This document shows, piece after piece, positions 43,895 through 58,635 of a DNA stretch of 64,000 bases. The translations under genes were made by a program, and so were the position numbers. The notes beneath the pieces were generated by a model that had not been told where the DNA came from, did no database searches, and saw only the letters and a program-made list of their open reading frames with translations. The DNA is from Macrostomum hystrix. Lineage: Eukaryota > Animalia > Platyhelminthes. Position 1 is the stretch's first letter. Each line of letters begins with the position of its first letter. Where the stretch lies: the NCBI GenBank assembly GCA_950097015.1, contig CATNEN010000038.1, positions 12,958,001-13,022,000 of the forward strand, written 5' to 3'.

Positions 43895-46800
43895 AATGTG
43901 CGCGTACTAAAATGTACGAGTACTTTCTATAACAAACATTTTTAACGATTCGGTTCATTATCTTTATTGACCAATTTCGGTTTTTGCTTTTGTATCCCAG
44001 CACACACAGTGTTTTCTTGTGGTTCGACTTCATTGCTTTACTTAGATTTGTGCATTGTCTTTATTTATTGTGTTTTTTATTTTAGTCGACTAGTTGATGT
44101 ATTTAGTTGATAATCTAGCTACAGAAAAAGAAATATTTCTTGTAAACTATGCTGCGCTTTGACCCTAATTAAATCAAATCTCCCCTTTCTGACCCATAGG
44201 TTCACCTGCATAGTTGTCCTTCAAGTTCATATCATAGTTTTTACTAGCGTAAGCATGACACCTCATATTGATTGTTTATCTCATCTGTTTGATATTCATT
44301 TTAATTCCCTTAGTTCTTATTATACTTTCTAACCTTTGTTAATTGGGGATAGAGACCTCAATAGTTCTTATTTTTCATCCTCAGAGACTGCTTATTACCA
44401 ATAAGAACATTTCTGTGTTGAAGACCCCCGCTACCTTATTTCCATGTTTATTTCTTGCATCAGAGAGTATGGACTTCTTGTAGTCATGAAGATTTTTTGT
44501 CATCCTCTCTCTCTAGCCTGAGAAGCATATAGATCTTTGTGTACGTTGGTCAGATAATTTTTCGCATTATCCCAGTTCAGTTTTTCTTTTAAATTTTTAT
44601 TCGCACCCGGAACTTATTGATTGCGCCATCAGTAGAAATGCCTCTTCACGCGCCGAGATGCCTTGTTTGCACTGCCGCCGGCTATTTTTGTTTGTTTTTT
44701 CTTTCACAATTTTTACTGCTTTTGTTTTCTTCTTTGTACTAGATTTGGTTTTACCCGGATGTTTAAAAATATTAGAGCTGTTGATCTATCTATTTGTATA
44801 TTTATGTTAAATGCTGTGTTTTCGCGGCGGAATCGTCTTGCACATTGGCTTAGACTGCTGCTAATCGCCCTGTTCAGCTTGTTTTAGAGTGAGCACCTGA
44901 GGTGAGTGGCTATAGCACTAACTAATTTGAGTAAAGCGTGTTGCTGTTTATATCAGATTCAGGTTTCACCTTTTTGTTTTCTTCGTCATTGCTTTAAATA
45001 GTATATCCTAACCCTCTCTATGGCATTGCTGCACAGGTCATTTGTAATTCGCTCATCCACCATTCGCCTTCAATTGCTTGTACCTCAATCTTACCTGCAT
45101 TATTTTCATTAAAATTTTTTGCGATTTTTATTCTAGATATCACCGGATAGTCATCGAAAAGCGATCAATTCTAAACCACCACTTTTGGGTTCGCCTTACC
45201 CAGTACCCAAGTAAAAAAGAGTGGTAATCGCGCACTCTAAACCTAGGAGTAGCGACCCACAAGAACAGGAAATAATGATCCTCTTAATCCAGGTGTAATG
45301 ATCCACACTCTTCAGGATAGATTGTCTGCCCAAAAAACCTATAAACCTATAAACCTACCTATAAACAAAAAACAGTAATGCATCCACTGCAATTGAGTTG
45401 CTTCATAATGATTCTGATCCATGTTCCGGCATTGCTAGTTTTTCTCCTGCCGCTTTTGCTGCACATTGTAGGAGATCATATTCAGATCCCATTTTGTTCC
45501 GATTCATTACGCCAGTTTAATTTTGCTGCTATTAAAATTTGACTAGCTATGACTACATTTGAAGCAGTAATTATTGGCTACTGTTACACTATTGGACTGA
45601 GCAAGCAGCCTGTTAACGTCTGACATGCTGCAGCTAGGCCATTAATATTACGGATAAGGGGGAGCGAAAAGTTTTTTCTTCAATGAACTGTCAGTTTTGT
45701 GTTTTTAGAGTTTTTTTACTTTTCTTAGTAATCCTTTTGCAACTCTTGGGAGGCGTGTTCCTTGTAGATTTTCTTGCACAAGTTTCACATATTATATAAT
45801 AAAAATTTGAGCTAATACTATTTATTTTTTTTATATAAAGATCATACGAGCTAGAATATAGCCATCCCGCCTTTTGCTTTTTATTTTAATATAAATCTTC
45901 ATTTAAAGAGCGAAAATATTTGGCCGACTTGCCCAGCACCGCTTTGTTTTCTGGTCTGCCCTTAGCCCTGTTTATCAATTGACACTTTAGACAGCGGTAT
46001 TGTTTTTTCTCCGTGTAGTGTAGGCTGCCCCCATAATGCAGTTTTTATATTATAAATATGCATGGGGTCTAGCTGTCACACAGGGTTTCGTATAAACAAA
46101 ATATTTATCTTATTAACAGCAACAGTCTTTCCTTGTTTGCTCAAATAGTGCCCCCCCTGCCCTAATTGATAAGATTATTCAGTTCGGCTAATATGGCATC
46201 GCTCCCACCCTCCCATCCCATCGCTCCCATCAATTCTTTTCGCAGGTAACAGCTGAGCATTGAACTGAGGCTCTGATGAAGTCGGTGCATGGTTAACAGC
46301 TGTGGCACTGATAGTCGTGTGGTAACCGTGGTCAGATTTCAAAGTTCAATGTTATGCTTTATTCCGTTCAATTTAACATTTTAAAGTTTTCTGCAGCCAG
46401 TGATTAGGGATTGCACTTTACGTACACCCATTAATCCCAGGAAATCCCAATGCAGGCCTTATCTTTATCCCGGGAAATACTAAAATATTTAAATCCTGTG
46501 AAATTCTGATCTTTGAATCTTTAAAAAGGTTTGAATAACAAGAAAAAGTCACTTTTGAAATCCCGGGAATCTAGTGAAGGACTTTGCTGTGCCTACCACG
46601 GCTACCAGTGACGTTTTTTGCTTTTTCAAAAGATGATTTTATGGGTCGGTAAAACTTATTTTTTACTCGTAATTGAAGTCGGGAAAACATTTCATGAGCT
46701 TAGAGAAAGTGTGTGCCATGCCCTTTCTATTCAATATGCAAATGTGTTACTGTTCATACAATTACAACGTAACACATGCAAGGCATGTTAACATGAAAAA

Positions 46801-49800
46801 AATAAATTGCAAGTGGTCCAATTGAATTCCAACTTTGCGAGCCAAATTACTCATTCGTCATTGGTCATTAATAACAAAAAACACGAATTGAGTCACCTCT
46901 CACTCATAACTTAAACACGGTCCTTCTCTGTAACTCATGTAGACCTTAAGTGTATTTACTCATCAAACTGTGTACTCGTATTATGACTTTTTGCCTATGC
47001 TTAGTTTAGAAATTGACGGTTCAGCACTGACAAGGCACTACGACTGACTGTGTGTTCACATTCACTGTGACCGCTGGGAATCACAACATGTTTATCCTAC
47101 GATATCTTTAAGTATTTTTATCTAGTTTGCCTGCATTTTAATAAAACTTAATAGGTGTAGAAAAATATGCGTAAGTAATTTTGACAGTCAACCGGTGCAA
47201 TTACGACTTTTATATACTGATATACTAGGTCGGTTTTCGCTCAGTTCCTTTAGCTTGGGCACAAACGTGATAACGTGACGTAATCGTCAAGTCCCGGTGC
47301 ATTTCCAACTCATTGTGGCCACAAAATCCTGTCTTCACTGATTGCTAAGGCCCCATTCTATTCTTCAAGCTGTCTTTACCTTTCATAATCTAGTCTATAT
47401 ACTCTCTCTTGAAAACACTGTCGCTTGCACTTTTCTGCGTATTGGACCAGACTTGTTTTTCCCTGAGCTATTTTTAGCAATAGTCAGCGTCCCCTGTCCT
47501 TGTGCGCAGTTGTGCGGGGCCACAGTGTGCGCACAGCCGATATAGAACTGACTCAGTTCTCTCGCCTCTCTCTTCTGCCGCCCCTGGAAATGGAGAGGCT
47601 CCCATAAGCACGAAGCAGCGTAAACAGCGCCCACCCCAGCTCCCAAAACATTTTAGTTGAATAACACCGGGAAGCTTATGCCGATTCTAGGGCATTCAAT
47701 TTCCACAGCCCAATACCTCACACAGTTTCACTGAAGTTGCTTTGCTGGTCGAAGCCCATTCCAGTGCTTGGTAAATAGAATTTCTGCAATTTGATAAAAG
47801 TACACGTCCACAGCATAGTTATTAGACTTTTGGAGAGGCCAGAGAAGAATGTACAGAAGCTCTGAATGTATATTAGGCGGCCTGCAGGGTCAGTTATAGG
47901 GAAATTTAGATTATTAACAGCCTATATGAAGTTAAAGAAACTATTGAGGGCTTTCACATACTTGGGGCGGGACGGGAGTCGAGACTTTGCAAATTTAATA
48001 GTGCAGGAGTGAATCATAAGCAAAAGCAAGCGATGCATTTTCCTCTAACAATCAACAGAAAAGGCATGTTTAGGTAAATATTAGTTTTGACTCATCATTA
48101 ATCACAGGATCGGACTTAACCATTTTTACGGTTGACCTGTCCTAGACCAGGGGTCTATCGCATCATTCTTTCGAAATCCATTCTATAGGTATTGCTTTTC
48201 TCTCTTCTTTAATTCACTTGCTCCAGGTAAAATTCAAGAAATTAAGCGATGCAAATCGATTCGTCCTAATTTACAAAAAATTGTATTGTATTGTACAAAT
48301 ATATTGTATTTTCCAGTCTTGTGTTTTGCAACCTTTGTCGTTGAAACTTGAAAGTCTTGGAGTCTTGAATTTGTTATTCAAATACCGTGGCCAGGCCACC
48401 CACGCTTTCATGCAGAGGAATGACTTGTCATTGTCAGTATGGTCGCAGCAGCCATTTGTTGTACAGTCTAGCCTTAGTGTGTGCGTACGTATGTACACAG
48501 GCCAGCATGTGACCTGGGCTGAATTCTTTGCTGTGTGAAATGCCAACAACATGGCCTTCAGTGCAACTTCGTGTCTCGCATATACTGCATAAATAAGTAG
48601 TACGTAGGGCTCGCAGTTGTATTTTTTATATCTTATTGTTTTTCTCTCTCACGCCTGCATGATTTCTCAACAAATAAGCTAGCTCGATCACCGCATAACA
48701 ACGTGACGTTTTGGAGTTGTTGACGGCTCGTATGTTTCAGACACAAACGCTTGCAAAATGTGCTTCGAATCCGTATTCTGTTCAACAAGTTTGACCGCTC
48801 ATCAAGTTTGACCGTGAAAGTCATCTGTCTAAAATGCATCATCCTAAATCCAATAGAGTACAGATAGAACTTGCTCGACTTTCATACCTTGCACATTTTT
48901 TCATCTATATTTACATCGTGTCCACTTCAGTGTAAAACTCTTTTGTAAGCGTTTTATCATATAGTATTAGCTTAAGTACTAGCTTAAGTACTTAAGTATT
49001 TAGCTAAGTTTACAATTCCTGCAATTTGTAAAAATTAAGTAGAAAAACACATAAAAAGTACTAAGCCGCCGTGTTCGTCTTCCGATCTGCTTGCCTTCGC
49101 TAGGTCTTGTTGTTGTGTGGTGCTTGTTTTCCAGTCTGAGAGGTGGGTGTCACGTGTATTTCAATGATTTTGGACGAAAGTATAAAATTCGTGCAGGCCG
49201 CTTGTGCTAGAGTGTACTTATAGTAGAAAGGAAAAAATGTCTCGATAATGTATGTTTAGCGGCTAGAATTTTTTTATTAACTTAAGTGAGAACATTTTGA
49301 TATTACGAGCTAGATAATTGACTACTTTAAATCGGTTTCCATGCTGAGATAGTGCGATTTGAATTCGATTGATAATATTGCAATGACATTAACCTTTGAC
49401 CATGATTTCCCCGCTCAGCGTGAATCGCACAAGCGGTGCATATAAAGTACGAGCCGTAGCACTGTTTAGAATCCGATTGAGATGACTACGCTCTCATTAG
49501 GTACAGGTTCGTGAGTAACAGGTTCGTCTCTATCCTCAGCTTGGGTTCGATTAATAGACACCCAGATCGGTTGCCCAGATGCTAGCAGAACACCGCAGCA
49601 ATGGTTTTTCTGTGCGTCCGCATCTGCATGCGTCCACAAAAGCGGTAGAACCAAGATCCTCCAGGGACCACGATTCAAGATGCTCCTTTTTTCACCGGTG
49701 GGCAGGCTGCAGCTGCGCGGCGCTGTACCGAAGAGAGCGGCGTGCTGCTTCACACCATGCATCCTCCAACCGAACATTGAATAAGGAGATAGGGAAGGCC

Positions 49801-50312
49801 ACTCCTCCCTCAATACTCTTCTCCATAGTCATATATAATCTTTCTATTCCCTTCCTTAAGACCAAGGGCTTCCGACCAGATTGCGAAAAGTGAACTTTAG
49901 CTGCACAGGGTTATGGATCTTTTCGCTATGCTGAATTCGCTATTTTCGCTATACTTCGAGCGCACTTCGCTTTTTTTCTTTCTCTTCAACTATCCGTTTC
50001 CTCCCATCCGGTCATTGCCAAGTCGTGTCTCGGGTGGACTATCGCTGCTGTACTGTCGGAGGGCGGGAGTATCAAAGAGACATCTGCGCGGTCCAGTGAC
50101 AAATACTACACAGCAAAACGCAGCCAACCCAAGGTCTTCACGAGCCCGATTTGACCACGTTGCGAGCAGGAGAAGGGGTTGGTGCAACAGTATAGCCAAC
50201 CCTAATGTGGCGTCTCTAGGACGTTTGTAGATAAGCTAGTAATCTAAAAAATGAAATAGCTAAGCAGCTCCATACCAAAAATACTAGATTGACGGTGAGT
50301 TACTGTTCAAGC

Positions 50313-53300
50313 ATGGAGTGCGAAAAAACGGTCACTCTGGAGGACTTTCTGGTAGCAACAGGCATTTCGCCTGATGCTCTTACTGAAGCGACCAACGGTT
50401 GTCGACTTATACATGCCGCGGCCCTCATTAATGACTTGAACGCTCTCCGTCACCTACTAGATGCCGGAGCTGAGATTGGAGCTCGAACGAACTGCGGCGA
50501 CTCGGCATTGCATATTTGCGCCCGAAATGGCGGTCTCGGCGGCCTCCGACATCTCCTAGACCGCGGTGCCGAAATCAACGCTGTCAACCAAGCCAAAGAA
50601 ACTCCTCTCCATCAGGCTGTGGCAGCAGAACAACTAGACGCGATCCGCGAGCTTCTTAGTCGTGGCGCTGACAGCAACCTTGAGGACGCATACGGAGACC
50701 TTGCGCTTCATGTCGCTTGCTTTGCAGAGAACTGCCAAGCAGCTCGACTGCTGTTGGAAGCCGGGTCTGGCCTTATCAATTGGCAGAATGCTAGTGGCAA
50801 CTCGGCACTGCACATTGCCGCGCTACGCGAGAACGCAGAGCTTTTAGCACTGCTACTGCAACACGGCGCGAACTTTAGCCTCATGGATGCCAATGGAAAA
50901 ACGACCATCGACCTGCTCACGGAGACAGGCGACACATCTGGCATCGACAGTCTTGGCAGACAGATTATTCGTGAACTGCGCCGCTTCACCAATGCAGAGA
51001 GCATGGCTGAAATTTTTAGGTCACCAGAGGGCGCTGCTTATCTAGACCATTTGTTGTGCATCGACGGTCTTTGCAGCCCGGCCAAAGCTTTGCAGCAAAC
51101 TAGCGAGTTTAGTGCCACCACGCAGCTCGAAACCTTAGAGTCTGTAATCTCAAAGCGAAAAGTGGATATCGACCGTCTCATTAGCGAGCTCCACACCGCA
51201 TTTGATGCCGGGCATCGTACAGACCTCGAGGCTTCAGGTCTGCTTTCCAGAGCCGCCTGGAAGGTGGTGCAACATGTGCTTTTTCCACAGAATGACCGGC
51301 TGCTGCAGCGGTTGATCTCGAACCGCAGTTTGTGGTCAGCAATATCGCGCCACATAGAACTCACAATTGACCGTCTGTACGCCAAGGCACTACGAAAGAT
51401 GAAGACAGGAGTGCGAGAGCTGCTGCGTCGAAACTGTACCGAAGAGAGCGGGCAGAAAATAGACTTTGCAAAGCTAAACAAGTTTCTGGCCACTCTGACA
51501 ACCTACTGGTCTTTTAGTAAGCACACTATTATGTTTGACATTGACGACAAAAGCGATTCCTATTCCAGCAATTTTCACAAGCAACCGATGCGCGATCCGA
51601 TTCAGACACTCGTTATGTGGGCCATCCTCACCGGCCGGCTAAAAATAGTGCCGGCACTTCTTAGACAGGAAGAGTTTGACTTAGTACCCCTGGCCCTGCT
51701 CGCAACAACTGTGTTGCGTTCACTAAGTCATCGACGAGACATCGAGGACGTCTTCGTTGATAGGGCGGGCCGCATAGCTGACATTTGCGAGGGCATGGCG
51801 ATTCAAGTCATTAAGGAAGTGAAAGAAGTGGATAATTCACCTAATAATAGCCTCACTATCAGCTACGTAAGTTTACCATTACCTAACTATGCCGGCTACA
51901 ACATTCTGGACCTCTCAGCAAGAGGTTGTGCTAGAGAGTTTATTAAATTGGACATTGTGGAGCTAGCTACGGACAAGAATTGGTACGGCGATTTCTTCGA
52001 CTTCAGTAGCGTTATAATGCGCGAGCTCGTCATTATTTCCGGCTTTATACCACCGTTCATGCTGCTGCTGCCGCGCCTCATAAAGCGCTTCCGCCGCCCC
52101 GGAACTCGAAGCTTCCTAGAGACAGTTCTGAACGATCCCACGACTGCACACAGCGTAGCTGTCAAGGCAAAAGCATCTGAGTCGTTGGAGCAAGCACTAG
52201 AGCAAGTACAGCTTCTGCCTGTTTCTGGTACCGAAAACGCGCATTCTACTGATATCGATGATGTGCACCGGCCGCATAGACATAATGGACTGGCTGTTCG
52301 CACTGCAGACTATATGAAGGAGATGATCGTATTCTACACAACGCCCTGCGTCAAGTTTCGTTTGCACGCAATTTTTTACTTTGTCTTTGTGGGCCTACTC
52401 TCCTATATGATACTCCACGACTTCCAGGGTAAAGCAAGCAGCACGGAGATCTTCTGCTACTTCGCCCTGCTAGGCATCTTTGTTGAAGAGCTGCGCGAAA
52501 TGATTTCGGCTAGAGAGGAGGAGACGCTGCTAGTCTACATATCCGATGGGTGGAATGCCATTGACTTGGTTGCCTTAGCGTGCGGCTTCCTAGCCTTCAT
52601 AGCCAGGCAGTTCGGTCCAGCGTCACAGCTGCTCGTTTACGTCACTAGGCACGAAAAGGCACCACAGGATGTGAGCTACATATTCATCGTCATTACCACT
52701 CTTATCTTCTGGATTCGCATACTCTTTATCTCCATTGTTCTTGAGTCAGTGGGTGTCAAACTAAAGATGCTTTCTCTGATGATCAAGAAGGATTTTATTC
52801 CCTTTCTGTACATCCTATTCGTCATCATGCTGGGCTTTGGTATCGCTTTCCACGCGCTACTCTGGCCTAACGGTCAGTACATCGCTGGCAGCGGAAAAGC
52901 TGTGCAGCTGCCTGCTTACGAGATCCTCATCGAGATGTTTCACCGCACATTCTACACAATTGTTGGTAGGTTAACTTATGTGTGTAATGGTTCATCTGAA
53001 TAAACTATACCTTTTTAAATGCTTTGTTCAGTTCGCTCGTAATCAAAAGATGGAATCGGATCTTTAGATTAAGAGTTTTCATTGCTGCGTATCCTCAGTC
53101 TAAGTGATACGAGTGGTAAGTGAACTATTTAGCCCTTTATGAGTCAAGGACTTGGGTGGTAGCATTTTTAGCACTACAAATAAGAATAATTATATTTAAA
53201 CTCCGCCCCTTTAGGAGAGTATGGCCTTGACGACATGAAGAACGTGTGCAATAAGTATAAGAATGCAACCGAAGAAGATGGCGGATCCGATTTCTCGGAT

Positions 53301-53900
53301 GAAAAGAAGTGTGTAGACTCGCCGGGAAACGAACTGGTACCTTACGTACTCATGGTAGCCTACATAGTCATAGTTCAAGTCCTGCTGCTTAATGTCATTG
53401 TGGCCATGTTTAGCAAAACCATCGACATGGTGCACGCGGAATCAAAGTCATTGTGGCTGTTCGAGCGATATGACCTTAATCAGGAGTTTTTCAAGCGCTC
53501 TGCCCTACCAGCCCCGCTGAATATCCTTCTGGAGATTCGAAACCTCCTGTCATGGCTATTTGTCCGCATTGGCTGCTGTGGTCGCCGCCGAGGACGCCGC
53601 ACATTAATCGAGGTGCTGGAACAGAACCAGCACAATTTCGTATACTTGTTTTACCTGTTTTATCAGTCAGTGACGCTGCGAAAGCTGCGGCCAAAGCTAG
53701 ACGGGATCGGCCTAGAGCCGGAGGATTTCAGCCAGGAGGGCGCCGCACTGCATCAGCAGCTGGCTGAGGTGATTCGACGCCAGGAGGCGGCAGCCAACTG
53801 GCTGGACGACCAAAGCGAGGAGCTTCGGCAGCAGCGAGAGCTCCTAGAGCAGCTTGCTGCTGCGCTGCTGCAGCCTAAAAAGAAGTCAAGCGCTTTCTAG
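50313..53900 (+). CDS. TRP cation channel with N-terminal ankyrin repeats and a TRPM-type body, 2 exons
   Basis: Exons 50313-52965 and 53215-53900 (phase 1, giving pore YTIVGEYG). About 6 ankyrin repeats (SALH, TPLH, LALH), MHR-like MWAIL...PLALLA, pre-S1 FYTTPCVKF, S6 LLLNVIVAMFS, TRP box WLFERY, LPAPLN and a C-terminal coiled coil. Confidence 0.9.
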
Positions 53901-55190
53901 ACCACCGATTTGACAAGTATCGGCGCTTTTTTGTAGCTCATATTTATATTTTGCACTAGCCCAAGCTAGTTTCCTTTTTATCGTTCTTCGTTTAGCTCTC
54001 TACGCGAATTAGTTCATTAATCAGTACGAATCGCCAAAGTTCTATTTTATTAGAAATCGAGCTTTTTGCCATGTTACTTGTGAAGCCGCAACATGGTAAC
54101 TAATATTTTGTCTATATCAATGGTATAATTTTTAATCACGCTCGCATATGAGTTTTGTAGCCCAAGTATAATGTAATAATTCGAATATGCGAACGAGTTT
54201 TAGATAGAATTTTGGCGACTAGAAATTTATATAAGAACTTTCTGATTAGTTTCGCATAAAAAAATAAATTAGGAAGCTTAAAACAAATTTTGCTTCATAT
54301 AAAAATTTTATTTGCTATTTATGATTTAAGATGCTTCTACTAAAAGCTCTTAGAAAACGTTAGAAATTATTTCAACTCTCATTTACTGTTACCTCCTATA
54401 TTATCCTTTAAAGATATTTAAAGTTATTAAAGTTATTAAAAGTTTAGACTTTTTAAACCCCCCGATGTCCTCGGATTTCCTTTCGATATAGTTAGCTTTA
54501 ATAAAGTCTCGCTTCTTAAAGACGGTACGAGCTTATTCTTGGATAAATAAAAGCTCGTACTGGAAACCATGACGCCAAATACAAGTGCATTGCTGAATAC
54601 AAGTGTATTGCTGGTACAATAATCATATCATATACTATTGGACAACTTGAACATCTTTTGTTGCTCTGCATTTTCAAATGCCTTAGAGATATAGTAGCTA
54701 AATCAGCTGCCACTCTGCCTTCGTAAGAATTGTACTAGCATACAGTTCAAGTTAGCGAATTCCTTTAAGACTGCTCTGAGTTAAACATTATTGAGGTGCC
54801 TGGACTCTGGTCATTGTCTGCTTGGACGATTTTCCGGTGGGTTTTCAACACAGCGACAGTGGCTTCAGTAATTAGAGACTTCTGACACAAAAAACCTATT
54901 CTTGAGAAAAACCTTGCTCATGAGAAATGAGCAAGTATGCATTATTTTATGCAATGTGCAAACATGTGTAGCATAATTTTATTTGATAAGTGGGCTTGAC
55001 TGTGCAGTCAATCGAGAACGTCAATTTTGTGCAATATTTATTAACCGGAAGAGACATTACACTTAGCACTTTATATAATATGTAATTGAATAGAAACTAA
55101 ATAGGTTTTGTTTCAGGTATGAGCCATAGCAACAATAAGGGGAATGAAGGCAATATGCAAAGGTAATAGGGGTTTAAACCGGCTGCCTAA

Positions 55191-56515
55191 TCAGTTTGTG
55201 CCTGAGCGGCTAAGGTGTCTTCTAGGCTGCTGGCTGTCTAAGCAGAAAGGGTTATGAGGCATGCAGTGTAGAGGCTTTGATTTCGTACATGCTGCAAATT
55301 GCATGAAGTATACATCTGCCACACGCCTTGCATTGAAACTTGGATTTAGATTCCCTGCGTGAATGCCAAATTGCCAAAATAATATACGTACAACAACCAT
55401 CGCCAAGGCGAAGAAAAGCGCCGGTACTAAAAAGATTAAGGCCTTCAGCTTCGAGTCTTCTAGACTTAGAATGTTCGCCACAATAACTTCGATCGTCCTG
55501 AGATTTCGAGCTGCCTCCTGCAGGTTTCGCTTTGCCTGTTGACGATGGGATCGCTGCAGTCGTGGGTGAATTTAAGATAGTTGAGAGCGCTGTTGCTGGA
55601 GCTTTAGAAGCAGAAGTAGTAGCAATAGAAGTTCTGGTTGTAACAGTCGATGTTGTTGCTACAGTTGTCGTTTGAGGCTCCATCTGAATGGCGCAGACAA
55701 ACTGAGCGCTCGTGGCGGTTGTGTCGACCTCTTGAAGACCAACAAAGGCGCGTGTAGTTGAATCGCGAACTACCGCGATGCCCCATTTGGACTCCGTGAC
55801 CTTCTGCTGAAAGTAGCCATCCACCAGGCTCATGTTCTTCACCTGCAGCTTGGGACCGGTGCTGGAGTTGAAGCGGTACTGTGGCTCTTCGTATGCAACT
55901 ACGCATGGCGAGCAGTAAAGCTTCAGCGTTGAGAACACGCTGTCAAATGAGAATAGTCGAGCCGTGTCAAGTTTCCCCTAAATATTGCTTCCATCGCTAC
56001 AGCAAATTCTGAGTTAATTTTGTGAGTCAAAATGATCAAAAATATCTTTCCACGCTCACTTGTTATATGCCTCAATAGAGCCGTTGGCGCTCAAATCTAT
56101 AGGCGTCTCGCCCGTTTGACTGCTGCACCAGGCCACCTCAAGGTAAGGCCCAGCCGTGGCGTTGATCACGCGAAAGCAGAAATTCTTTCTGTTGACTCTG
56201 CTGGAGCTGTACATCGATGTACAAATCGGTGACAAGTCTGATTACAGCAGCTTGAGGCCGCACTGGGCCAGGTGCACATGCAGATAGGCATAACCTTACA
56301 GCTGTGGTCACATTCTTCACATGCCAGTCCTTGCTTCCCACCACGCTGTTGGTCACCACCGACACTGTCGGGATGTCGTTCGAGTCGCTGAAGGCCAGAG
56401 AGCCTGGGGACACGGCCTCCGGTGAGACGTACAGCTGACTTGTCTGGTTGCGCCACACGAAAACACGGTCAGCGGGAGTTGCCCTAGGCACCATTATTGC
56501 GCCTGTCAAGTACAA
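55191..56515 (-). pseudogene. Possible single-pass membrane protein with Thr/Ser-rich stalk, frameshifted or incompletely modelled
   Basis: ORFs 56138-56515 and 55252-55938 have coding-like composition and a TTTVATTSTVTT stalk. The TM segment LIFLVPALFFALAMVVVRILFW is in a different frame (55191-55481). Confidence 0.4.
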
Positions 56516-58269
56516 AGCCTGGCTCAGACCGCTGCGGAAGAATTGTGAGTGATGGAGCAGAGGGACCAGAAGTCAACAACAGCAGACGTAAAATTTCGAA
56601 AATCAGAATTTTTATGATAAATCTGTGGCACCTTGGCACACTTCTTGGCACCAAAATTCCTAGCGGAAGATATATATATATATAAATTGCCCCTAATTTA
56701 AGCTGCAAAGACAGCCTGTAGTATGCTGGGTAGTTTATTTGCATTCCCGACCGCCGCAGCATAGTTCCACAGTTTGTGGAACTCTAGTTCAGTGGAACTG
56801 TTTCCCTTTTTATGACCGCAGACCCTAGGATTTCAGAGCCGGTCAGATCATTTCGGGCACTTTTTAAGGGTGTAGTTGGGGGGTAAACATTGCGGATTTG
56901 CAGTGAAAAATAGCCTGACGGATTCTGAAAATTCTGGAAAAAACGTTTATTTATGGTGCCCAGACGAAGGTAAGCCACATAAACAAAAGTAATATTGAAT
57001 GCCGAAAATCAATTCGGTAGTCTAAAACTGCGCATTGCATTCGTGAAAGCCTGAAAAAGTTTTAGCACTGAAACTTGGGGCTTCATTTTTCATTACTTTT
57101 GCGTTTTGCCAGAGGCCAGGAGCAGATATAGGGTTGGGTTAATATGGTGTGCTAAGTCTTCGAAGCACGAAAATACGTTGATAAATGACCGTATGGATGA
57201 GTTACACGTGTCTAGAGCGGCCCGGCTTGCAAATACCAGGTGCACTTTTATTTCTAGCTAGCTGCTATGCAAAAAATATTGCTTGCTTCGGTTTCCGACT
57301 TTTCGTTTGCCCGAACCCAATGTTTGAAGCCACTGAGGCATCAAAATGTGTTTACCTGCATAGGTATCTGTATCTGTGCTATACAAAGTTAAGATGTGCT
57401 ACGAAAGCTTCAAAATCTTGAAGCCATTGCTAATAAATCAGGCATACAAGGAAGCAAGCAATTAAGTAGTTAAGTAGTCAACAGCTCTACACAAGACTCT
57501 TCCAGACAACGTCACTTCGTCCTGAAAAATGCCTGGTAATGTTACCTTGATAGAAGCGGCAAATAGGACACAAGCAGCTCAGCTGCTCAAGCTGCTGCAA
57601 CCCAATGCTGGCGCTGCCTGAATAAGTGCCGGCAAAGTACGAGATCGTAGATCGGCTAGTACGAGATCGGCTCGTATATCATATGTAGTAGACATAGTGT
57701 TGTATATTTTAGCATGGAATAAGAAAGCAGGAAATGGGAAATAATGGTATTGCTATGATTCAAGGATTTCGTACTTAATAAAGCGACAAATTTTAGAGTT
57801 GTTTGTTGTTAGGGGTAGTAAATAGAAAGTTGGGCAGAAGTGGGTGCAAGGCGCATTTGTGATGAGTTGATGAAAATGACTTCTGAGCAGTCATGCAGAG
57901 CATAGTGTCGAGTGTAGTCGAAAAAAATTCTCTGGGGACAAAGCTCGAGGGAGCTGGTCCCGGCCAACGCAATCGATTTTTGTAGGTAGAGTAAAGTTTC
58001 TCGACAAGCATTCCGTGCACGACAGTGGTATTCCTTAGCGCATATGCACTCATTTCCAAAAGACTGAGACTGACTAGGTCTTATTTTAAAGGTCCTGGCC
58101 AGCAGCAAGAAAAGGCAGACACTCAATTAGCTACTGAAATTCGCAAAAGCAGGATCCCTTAATTCCAACCAAAGAAACTCCCAAAAAGCTTCACTACTTT
58201 CCTTCCGTATGCTAGAACCATATCTTAGTGATATAAGCTTTCTATCAATTTTTCTCTTATATCCCTCCT

Positions 58270-58635
58270 TCAGGGCTCCGGGAAATGGCACATCATTTGG
58301 TGACACTAGACCCGCAGCCAGCTTGAAGGCACTTCTGCTCATTTCGCTGACTCCAGAGCACACACGCACACTGATACCGCACGCAGGCATGCGCTCACAC
58401 GAGTGTGTACAGCTGCCCTGACTTTCTTATCGTCAGGCAGTGTACACTCTCGCTGTGCCTTGGAGGTTGGCCCTCAAGGGCATAAATTGCACGAGAAGCC
58501 CCAAGCCTGGTCTCCGCGGCTGCGCCCCGGTGTGGCCTCGCCGCGGAATAAATAAACGTGGCCTCGCTGCGGAATCGAGCTAAGGGACCTTGGTGCGAAA
58601 AGCAAACGCGTTAGACCGCTCTGCCACTCACCCCC
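58270..58635 (-). mobile_element. tRNA-derived SINE family B, second copy
   Basis: Collinear with 28342-28709 over about 350 bp. It has an internal duplication of GTGGCCTCGC.GCGGAAT and no clear tail or TSD. Confidence 0.88.

Noticed and set aside
46404-46572. TAGGGATTGCA...ATCCCGGGA remnants of a hAT-like MITE
   Set aside because: No matching second TIR or TSD was found.
48218-48600. Cys/His-rich minus ORF vaguely like a transposase fragment
   Set aside because: It is too short, with no complete catalytic motif or element ends.
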